From: Octopus vulgaris
Taxonomy: Eukaryota
Assembly: GCA_951406725.2 (NCBI GenBank)
Contig: OX597824.1
Span: 54,870,001-54,934,000 of the forward strand
Length of the DNA stretch: 64,000 nt
Reading direction: 5' to 3'
Numbering within the stretch: the first letter of the stretch is position 1; every line of letters begins with the position of its first letter. The notes beneath the pieces are model-generated. The model was not told the origin of the DNA, did no database searches, and saw only the letters and a list, made by a program, of their open reading frames with translations. The position numbers were made by a program, and so were the translations under genes. Below are positions 1-11,324 of the stretch, one piece after another.

Positions 1-88
1 ATCGTTTCGTACTACATCATTTTATTAAATGTTGTAAGTATACGTAGATTCATCAAGGGGCATATATATATATATATATATATATATG

Positions 89-120
<32 letters not shown>

Positions 121-124
<4 letters not shown>

Positions 125-2767
125 AATCAAGGAACGGCCATAATAGGCCATTCACCCACTAGAAATAACAGCCAAAGCTTTAACCGCAAAATAACATTAA
201 TTCCGTAAACCAGGAGAAAATTAAAAAAACATTTACCCTGTAATTTCTTATACGATGCACCGTTTCATCTACTGTTTAATGGTAAACTAACCTGATTAAA
301 TTAAATCAAGCCAATCTTCCATAGGCCCTTAGATTCCTCAGTAAGAAATAGCCAGAACGGAACAGATATTTTCACGAGGCATTTCCGTCCCTGCCTCGGC
401 AATATCTGACCTAAAATTTTCAAATCATCGCACGCACCAAATTTATCGGCAGCAAATAAATATAAGCCGCCGATTCCATTACGGAATCAACCAGAAAATT
501 CATAATTAATCAATATAGGGTGGCAAAAAATTTTGTAGAATTTTTTTGCCACCAGCGGCCTAGTGGGAAAAAATTAAATAGTCATAGACCATTTATAAGT
601 TCAACATCACAATCAAGGAACGGCCAAAATAGGCCATTCACCCACTAGAAATAACAGCCAAAGCTTTAACCGCAAAATAACATTAATTCCGTAAACCAGG
701 AGAAAATTAAAAAAACATTTACCCTGTAATTTCTTATACGATGCACCGTTTCATCTACTGTTTAATGGTAAACTAACCTGATTAAATTAAATCAAGCCAA
801 TCTTCCATAGGCCCTTAGATTCCTCAGTAAGAAATAGCCAGAACGGAACAGATATTTTCACGAGGCATTTCCGTCCCTGCCTCGGCAATATCTGACCTAA
901 AATTTTCAAATCATCGCACGCACCAAATTTATCGGCAGCAAATAAATATAAGCCGCCGATTCCATTACGGAATCAACCAGAAAATTCATAATTAATCAAT
1001 ATAGGGTGGCAAAAAAAATTTTGTAGAATTTTTTTGCCACCAGCGGCCTAGTGGGAAAAAATTAAATAGTCATAGACCATTTATAAGTTCAACATCACAA
1101 TCAAGGAACGGCCAAAATAGGCCATTCACCCACTAGAAATAACAGCCAAAGCTTTAACCGCAAAATAACATTAATTCCGTAAACCAGGAGAAAATTAAAA
1201 AAACATTTACCCTGTAATTTCTTATACGATGCACCGTTTCATCTACTGTTTAATGGTAAACTAACCTGATTAAATTAAATCAAGCCAATCTTCCATAGGC
1301 CCTTAGATTCCTCAGTAAGAAATAGCCAGAACGGAACAGATATTTTCACGAGGCATTTCCGTCCCTGCCTCGGCAATATCTGACCTAAAATTTTCAAATC
1401 ATCGCACTCGCGCCAAATTTATCGGCAGCAAATAAATATAAGCCGCCGATTCCATTACGGAATCAACCAGAAAATTCATAATTAATCAATATAGGGTGGC
1501 AAAAAAAATTTTGTAGAATTTTTTTGCCACCAGCGGCCTAGTGGGAAAAAATTAAATAGTCATAGACCATTTATAAGTTCAACATCACAATCAAGGAACG
1601 GCCATAATAGGCCATTCACCCACTAGAAATAACAGCCAAAGCTTTAACCGCAAAATAACATTAATTCCGTAAACCAGGAGAAAATTAAAAAAACATTTAC
1701 CCTGTAATTTCTTATACGATGCACCGTTTCATCTACTGTTTAATGGTAAACTAACCTGATTAAATTAAATCAAGCCAATCTTCCATAGGCCCTTAGATTC
1801 CTCAGTAAGAAATAGCCAGAACGGAACAGATATTTTCACGAGGCATTTCCGTCCCTGCCTCGGCAATATCTGACCTAAAATTTTCAAATCATCGCACTCG
1901 CGCCAAATTTATCGGCAGCAAATAAATATAAGCCGCCGATTCCATTACGGAATCAACCAGAAAATTCATAATTAATCAATATAGGGTGGCAAAAAAAATT
2001 TTGTAGAATTTTTTTGCCACCAGCGGCCTAGTGGGAAAAAATTAAATAGTCATAGACCATTTATAAGTTCAACATCACAATCAAGGAACGGCCATAATAG
2101 GCCATTCACCCACTAGAAATAACAGCCAAAGCTTTAACCGCAAAATAACATTAATTCCGTAAACCAGGAGAAAATTAAAAAACATTTACCCTGTAATTTC
2201 TTATACGATGCACCGTTTCATCTACTGTTTAATGGTAAACTAACCTGATTAAATTAAATCAAGCCAATCTTCCATAGGCCCTTAGATTCCTCAGTAAGAA
2301 ATAGCCAGAACGGAACAGATATTTTCACGAGGCATTTCCGTCCCTGCCTCGGCAATATCTGACCTAAAATTTTCAAATCATCGCACTCGCGCCAAATTTA
2401 TCGGCAGCAAATAAATATAAGCCGCCGATTCCATTACGGAATCAACCAGAAAATTCATAATTAATCAATATAGGGTGGCAAAAAAAATTTTGTAGAATTT
2501 TTTTGCCACCAGCGGCCTAGTGGGAAAAAATTAAATAGTCATAGACCATTTATAAGTTCAACATCACAATCAAGGAACGGCCATAATAGGCCATTCACCC
2601 ACTAGAAATAACAGCCAAAGCTTTAACCGCAAAATAACATTAATTCCGTAAACCAGGAGAAAATTAAAAAAACATTTACCCTGTAATTTCTTAAACGATG
2701 CACCGTTTCATCTACTGTTTAATGGTAAACTAACCTGATTAAATTAAATCAAGCCAATCTTCCATAG
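121..2767 (-). repeat. Head-to-tail tandem array of a 486-490-bp unit (5 full + 1 partial), each full unit with a type I hammerhead ribozyme; retrozyme/PLE pseudo-LTR-like
   Basis: Units start with tcacaatcaagg at 121, 607, 1095, 1585, 2075 and 2564. Copies are near-identical, have no ORF >=60 aa, and follow a (TA)n tract. Confidence 0.93.
243..349 (-). ncRNA. Type I hammerhead ribozyme (also at 729-835, 1217-1323, 1707-1813, 2196-2302)
   Basis: Minus strand reads AUUUCUUA-CUGAGGA-AUCUA-(58-nt hairpin insert)-UAGAU-GAAA-CGGUGCAUCG-UA-UAAGAAAU: perfect 8-bp stem I, 5-bp stem II, near-palindromic stem III, GUA cleavage triplet. Confidence 0.9.
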
Positions 2768-2777
2768 AAATATCTTC

Positions 2778-3137
2778 CGTGAAAATATCTGTTCCGTTCT
2801 GGCTATTTCTTACTGAGGAATCTAAGGGCCTATGGAAGATTGGCTTGATTTAATTTAATCAGGTTAGTTTACCATTAAACAGTAGATGAAACAGTGCATC
2901 GTATAAGAAATTACAGGGTAAATGTTTTTTTAATTTTCTCCTGGTTTACGGAATTAATGTTATTTTGCGGTTAAAGCTTTGGCTGTTATTTCTAGTGGGT
3001 GAATGGCCTATTATGGCCGTTCCTTGATTGTGATGTTGAACTTATAAATGGTCTATGACTATTTAATTTTTTCCCACTAGGCCGCTGGTGGCAAAAAAAT
3101 TCTACAAAATTTTTTTTGCCACCCTATATTGATTAAT
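2778..3137 (+). repeat. Inverted partial copy of the array unit with HHR at 2805-2911
   Basis: Reverse complement of the unit, from cgtgaaaatatctg to accctatattgattaat, then (TA)n. HHR reads atttctta-ctgagga-atcta...tagat-gaaa-cagtgcatcg-ta-taagaaat with one stem III substitution. Confidence 0.92.
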
Positions 3138-3254
3138 ATATATATATATATATATTTATATACATATATATATATATATTTATATATTTATATATATACA
3201 TATTTATTTATATATATATATATTTATACATATTTATATATATATATTTATACC

Positions 3255-4350
3255 TATCACCAGCGAGGCAGTTACGATAGAATATATTGACATTAGTGAA
3301 GAAGATGTCCTACTAGCCATAGATGAAGTGGACACAAACTCAACTGCTGGTCCTGATGGTTTCCCAGCAATCCTCCTCAAAGTGTGTAAGCATGCCCTGG
3401 CAAAACTCCTCAAGATTCTCGTCCAGAGCTTTCTTACAAGTCTCACAGAAAATACAGAACCCCAGCGATGTTGCACACCTGCAGCAGAAGTTGGACTCAA
3501 TCTACAGATGGGCTGAGGATAATAATATACAGTTTAATGCTGAAAAATTCCAGGCCCTGCGCTACCAGCATCCCAAACTGAAAATTAAACTTACAGGGTA
3601 TACCGGTCCATAGGGAATTTCAATCCCAGAGCCTAAGTCTGTGAGGGACCTGGGTATCGACATGAGTGATGATTACCTCTTTCCAAGTGCACATTACCAG
3701 GATGGCGAAAAAGTGGAGACGACTGGCTTGATGGATCCTAAGAACATTCAGAACCAGAGATAAGGAAACCATGATTACTGCTCACAGCTATGGTCACCCA
3801 CCAGTGTGAAATTAACAGCGGACCTTGAAGCAATCCAGAGAAGATTCACAAAGAAGATCGTCTCTTTGCAACAGCTCAGCTACTGGGAAAGACTCTACTC
3901 TACTCTACTCCCTGGAGAGAAGACGGGAGAGGTATGCAGTAATATATATCTGGAAGGAATTGTGCCAAATTTTGGCATTGTAAGCTACACCAATGCTAGA
4001 ATGGGACGACACTGCATAGTGCCAAAGATCCCAGCAAAGCCATCACGCTTCAGGACCAGCTTCTGCAACAGCCTGGGTTTCAAGGACCCACAGCTTTTTA
4101 ATATTCTCCCAAAGAGTCTGAGGAACTCGCACAAAGTAGATGTAGCGGTTTTTAAATCAAAGCTGGACATCTTCCTGTTGAGAGTCCCAGATGAACCTAC
4201 CTCACGGTAAGAAGTGCAAATAAGGGTAGCTATATCAACTCCATTCTTCACCAAGTGCCACATATTTGAGGAGGCTCTTAGTAATAACAGTGTAGCACAA
4301 AACGGCGGTGCATCAGCATGGCCGTAGCACTGAGCTGAAACAAGAAAAAA
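3255..4350 (+). mobile_element. CR1-group LINE 3' fragment, internally deleted and frameshifted
   Basis: Peptides AGPDGFPAILLK, WAEDNNIQFNAEKFQAL and LEAIQRRFTKKI...VPDEP are colinear with the 48330-49985 copy. A jump near 3437 removes the RT core. Confidence 0.88.
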
Positions 4351-4373
4351 CAAAAATATTATTTATACATATA

Positions 4374-4459
<86 letters not shown>

Positions 4460-4464
4460 GTATA

Positions 4465-4842
4465 GGCGCAGGAGTGGCTGTGTGGTAAGTAGCTTGCTAA
4501 GCAACCACATGGTTCCGGGTTCAGTCCCACTGCGTGGCGTCTTGGGCAAGTGTCTTCTGCTATAGCCCCGGGCCGACCAATGCCTTGTGAGTGGATTTGG
4601 TAGACGGAAACTGAAAGAAGCCTGTCGTATATATGTATGCGTGTGTGTCTGTGTTTGTCCCCCTAGCATTGCTTGACAACCGATGCTGATGTGTTTACGT
4701 CCCCGTCACATAGCGGTTCGGCAAAAAGAGACCGATAGAATAAGTACTGGGCTTACAAAGAATAAGTCCCGGGGTCGATTTGCTCGACTAAAGGTGGTGC
4801 TCCAGCATGGCCGCAGTCAAATGACTGAAACAAGTGAAAGAA
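4465..4842 (+). mobile_element. tRNA-derived SINE (cephalopod-type family)
   Basis: A-box-like TGGCTGTGTGG, B-box-like GGTTCAGTCCC, and 3' tail ggtgctccagcatggccgcagtcaaatgactgaaacaagt. A second copy lies at 32291-32699. Confidence 0.9.
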
Positions 4843-4899
4843 TATATATATATATATATAGTAAATATAAAGTAAATAAATATATATATATATATAGTA

Positions 4900-5579
4900 A
4901 ATATAAAGTAAATAAATGGTACAACGATATTTACTGGAAAATAGCAATCGTAATAAATACGACGCTATTGTATATCTTCACTGCGTATATACTAGCAAAG
5001 ACGCGTGTGTGCAACAAACATGAAAAAATTTTCGTCTTACCTCTAGGAAGAACATCTGCAAAATGGAAAACCTAATGCTGTACCGGTTTCAGACTCTTCA
5101 AATACGTTTGACAACGTATATTTGATTTGTCCTCATCAGCTGCATATACCTAGACAAAATTTCATATGTTGCCACATCTATCCCAGTACACTCGACTGAA
5201 CGCCAAAACGTTAACAGAACGATAACAGTGAAGAAGTTTCAATGAAAATAATAATGCAATACGAAAGTATTGCTTTCCAGTAAAAGATAGCCCATAAGGG
5301 TAAAATTATACATATAAAAGTAAATAAATGGTACAACGAGGCACCGATATTTACTGGAAAATAGCAATCGTAATAAATACGACGCTATTGTATAGCTTCA
5401 CTGCGTATATACTAGCAAAGACGCGTGTGTACAAACATGAAAAAAAATTTTCTTACCTCTAGGAAGAACATCTGCAAAATGGAAAAACCTAGAATCGGAT
5501 AATGCAGTACCGGTTTCAGACTCTTCAAATACGTTTGACAACGTAGATTTGATTTGTCCTCATCAGCTGCATATACTTA

Positions 5580-5582
<3 letters not shown>
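4900..5582 (-). repeat. Tandem 1.6-copy ~420-bp non-coding unit carrying two hammerhead ribozymes (5075-5145, 5502-5572)
   Basis: aagtaaataaatggtacaacga...tagaca is repeated. Minus strand reads AUGCAG-CUGAUGA-GGAC..GUCU-GAAA-CCGG-UA-CUGCAU (perfect in the 5502 copy, one stem I mismatch in the 5075 copy). Confidence 0.85.
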
Positions 5583-5631
<49 letters not shown>

Positions 5632-5634
<3 letters not shown>

Positions 5635-6894
5635 GAGGGACGTTCAATAAGTAATGCCTCTGACCCACTTGCAGTTGTTTGATCTAGCTGAAATTTTGCA
5701 TGTGCAATCATTTATATCTCTATAGAGTAAGTGGCAAATTACAGCACTGAATTAATTGTGGTTTCAGGTTTACAGGTGTTTGAACCGAGTCAAGTGTTAA
5801 ATGGAGCCTGTTGAGTGTCGAGCAGTGATCCGGGAAACTTTTGATGAAATGAAAGTAACTTATGGTGATGATGCCCCATCATATGACCTTGCAAAACGCT
5901 GGCATCGTGAATTCAAACATGGTCGGAACTCTGTGGAAACAGCTCCCAGATCTGGTCGCCCCCTTCTGCCATTGATGAGGCATCTGTCCGTCAAGTTGAG
6001 GCTGCCATTTTGGAAGATCGACGCATAACTATTCGCCAAATAGCCCATGAGGTCAAGATTAGTACCGGGTCTGTGGAAACTATCATTCATGACCATTTGC
6101 ATATGCAAAAGGTATCTGCCAGATGGATTCCCAGGTTGCTCACGTCTTTCCAGAAGCAAGAACGCGTCGAGTGCTCGAGGGTGAATTTGGAGATGTGCCA
6201 AGAAGATGAATCAAAATTTTTCAAAAGACTGATTACACAGGATGAAACCTGGGTCCATCACGATGATCCAGAGACCAAAGCCCAGTCAATGCAGTGGAAG
6301 CACCGTGACTCACCCCCTCCAAAGAAGGCAAGGGTGCAGCCCTCCGCTGGCAAGGTCATGCTCACAGTCTTCTGGGACCAGGACGGAGTAGTGATGACAG
6401 ATTTCCTGGCAAAGGGTACCACAATTGCAGGAGCCTATTATGCTTCACTTTTGAGGAAATTAAGAGAAGTTATCAAAATGAAGAGGCGGGGCAAGATCAG
6501 CAAAGGCATCCTCCCCCTGCAGGACAACGCTCCGGTCCACAACTCGCTTGTCGCCAGATGAGAAGCACAGGCGTATGGCTATGAACTCCTCCCCATCCCC
6601 CCTACTTTCCTGACCTTGCACCCTCTGATTTTCACCTCTTCCCAGTCATGAAGTTGTTTTTGAAAGGAAAGCGTTTCCCAGATGATGCAGCCTTGATTTC
6701 TGAAGTCGCGTTCAGGTTGGAGGACCAAGCTGGGGTCTTCTATAAAAACGGTCTGCAGAGCTGCATCAAACAATGGGAGAAATGCGTAACTCTGGGTGGT
6801 TCCTATGTAGTAAAAAGACTAATAACTGTGCCAAGTTTCGTTGCTCTACTGCTATGGGAAGTGGGTCAGGGGCATTACTTATTGAACGCCCCTC

Positions 6895-6897
<3 letters not shown>
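5632..6897 (+). mobile_element. Full-length but decayed mariner (Tc1/mariner) DNA transposon
   Basis: TIRs tacgagggacgttcaataagtaatgcc / ggcattacttattgaacgcccctcgtg, inserted in (TA)n. Transposase motifs WIPRLL, TQDETWV, LQDNAP and PDLAPSDF are split by frameshifts and a stop at 6559. Confidence 0.95.
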
Positions 6898-6977
<80 letters not shown>

Positions 6978-7019
6978 TTTATATATATATTTATATATAT
7001 ATATAAACAAACATATATA

Positions 7020-7445
7020 TATAACAAACATCCTAAATTAAACACTACATGGATTTAATCACATGAATCTCAACCCTCCAAGGTAATTTTTCCAAAAACT
7101 ATCATTGAACTCCAGATACACAAAGACTTTACAATGTATCGGTGTACCTATTTTTTTATTTTTGTATATGTTTATTATTTTTTTGCAAAAAACAATGTAA
7201 TTTTCTTTTTTCCCCCTCCTCAATTATAAAAAAATTTTCTTTTCACCTTACGATTCTTGAAAAGTCGCATTGCGAGGAAAACCGGTTTGAATTAATATAT
7301 ATATGTATACTTTTTTTTTAATTTTTAAAATTTTCCATGCACCCATTTTCATTAAAATTTACCTTCAATTTAGCATTCTGCCTTTTTATAAGTTTTCCTT
7401 GCCTATCATTTCTCCACGTGCGGTCAACACAACCCCACCATTTAT
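7020..7445 (+). mobile_element. Possible Penelope 3' remnant with degenerate HHR (7252-7293)
   Basis: Begins with an NKHPKLN-like endonuclease C-terminus. GAUUC-UUGAAAA-GUCGCAUUGCGAG-GAAA-ACCGGU-UU-GAAUU resembles a U3:A8 HHR with a mismatched stem II base. Confidence 0.45.
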
Positions 7446-7447
7446 TG

Positions 7448-7501
<54 letters not shown>

Positions 7502-8220
7502 TAGAAGAAATGAGGTAATCAGAAGATCGGATGGTTTATATTTACAGATATTTATTTATATATTACATTTTATATATATATATCATATCACTTAGATCGT
7601 TAGCACTTTCTCCCATTCTAGTGGGGTTTTCAAATCAAAATAAGTTCCTTTGTGGGGAATTTTAATCATTTTATAGAGTTTCGTAGTGGTGGGGAGGAAT
7701 ATAAGACAGTACAAGAGGGTGAGGTGGATGAGGAGAAAGTGAGAGAGAGAACATGTGTGTATGTGTATGTGTGTGTGTGTGTGTGTTTGTTTGTATCTGA
7801 GGTAAGTGCTAAAGAGAAAGAGGGGAAGGGAGAGGGAAGAAGAAGGAAAGAATTTTTTGGTCTGCTGGACAGAATATTGACTCCAAGGGGGTTCTAAGAA
7901 TTTCAGCTTTGACCACTTCACAGTGTCACTGAGTGAGTGGTGGCGGGGAGGTAGGCCATAAATTATATTTCCTTTTATCATTGTGAGAATGGTCAAATGC
8001 ATTTTTGGGATTAAGAATTATTTCCACTTTTTATGATCGTTTTGTGGAGGTGTGTGTGTGTGTCTGTGTGTGTCCGTGTGTGTTTGTGTGTGTGTGTGTG
8101 TGTGCGCGTGTGTGTGTGCGTGTGCGTGTGTCTGTGTGTTTGGAGAAGGGGAGAGAGACAAAAAAAGAAAAAGAAAAAGAAAAATAAGGGAGGAAGGGGA
8201 AAAAATTGTGTTGATATTTT

Positions 8221-10045
<1,825 letters not shown>

Positions 10046-10079
10046 TATTTATATATATATATATTACTTATATATATAT

Positions 10080-11320
10080 TACTTCCGGTTTTCGTGGAGG
10101 AAAGACGCGTTTGCTTTTGCTCTGTGAAAAAACAAAAAGGTTTGCATAGATCGACGAAAGAATCTACTAAAACTAACAAAACGTAGAACTTGTTAACTCA
10201 TAACGATCTACTCAAACACATTAATTAAAAATATATTAATTAAAAACGTAATATATTTCGCTTGAAACCAAATATAATACATTAAAGTAAGTTACGCATG
10301 CTAGATTCTTCGCCGAAAAGCACGTGGTGGCAAGTCTTTAGTTTATCTCCAGCCAAATGTAAGAAGGAAAAAGAATTGTTGTCTTTTCTGTTTTGAAAGA
10401 AAACTTCTTCGTACAAGCACGAGGGTTTGGACTGTACCTTTTACGATAAGTATCGTTTCAAGTTGTTTGTTTATTATTCTTTTATTTTCCTTTAATATAA
10501 GCTAACATCTCAGTTACGATTTACGACGCCATCTTTATTTACACTCTGAGAATAACTTTCTGTCAATTTCTGTTTCGCTTTCAATCTATCTTTCATTTCA
10601 TCTCTATAAAACTAATGTTTAAAAATTATTTTCATATGTATTTTTCTAGTAATGTAAGTTAAAATTTGAGGTACAACTGAGCGAGAAATATAATCGTAAT
10701 TTTATCGTAATTTCATTTTATCGTAATTTCATTTTATCTCTATAAAACTAATATTTAAAAATCCTTTTCAATCGTTTATTTTCCTGTAATTTAAGCTAAC
10801 GACTGAGTTAGAAATATAATCGTAATTAGTTTAGAATTAAATATTTCTTTCATTTCCTCATTCTCTTCTACCTCCTCTCTCCTCCCTTACATATATTCCC
10901 CCACTTCCAGCTCCTTTCTCTTTTCCTTTATCTCTCTTTACGCTTACCCTTTCTCTCTCTCTTGCATATCTTACTCTTTTTCTCATCTCTCTCCCTCCCT
11001 TTCATATCCTCCTCTTCTCTCATTTCTCTTTCCTTTCCATCTCACATCTACCTCTCCTCTCGTCACCTCACCCTCTCTCTCATATACTTCTCATTCACCC
11101 ATTCTTCTCACTCCGTCTCTCCCTCTCTCTCACATCCCTCATCCTGTCTCTCCTTCACTCTGTCTCTCTTTCTCTTGCTATCCTCTTCCTCCCTCTGTTT
11201 CTCTTTCTCTTCCCCTCCTCTTCCCCTGCCTCTCTTTCTCCTTCACTCTGTCTCTCCTTCTATTCCCCTCATCTCCCCCTCCCCTACCTTCCTCTATCTC
11301 TTTAACACACCACACCCCCT
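10080..11320 (+). mobile_element. 5' UTR of the CR1-group LINE family (homolog of 41400-41905 minus)
   Basis: acttccggttttcgtggaggaaagacgcgtttgcttttgctctgtgaaaaaac aligns with the reverse complement of 41660-41905. Both copies are followed by a CT-rich tract. Confidence 0.7.
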
Positions 11321-11324
11321 TGCT

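Noticed and set aside
155-176. ctagaaataacagccaaa in the array unit resembles the reverse complement of the 60668-61045 repeat
   Set aside because: The match is only about 18 bp with a mismatch, too short to claim SINE capture without a search.
121-2767. CRISPR array or rDNA/tRNA cluster
   Set aside because: The units are long and identical with no unique spacers, there are no rRNA or tRNA folds, and the context is eukaryotic.
4465-4540. tRNA gene
   Set aside because: A/B boxes are present, but the sequence continues into a SINE body and lacks a full cloverleaf.
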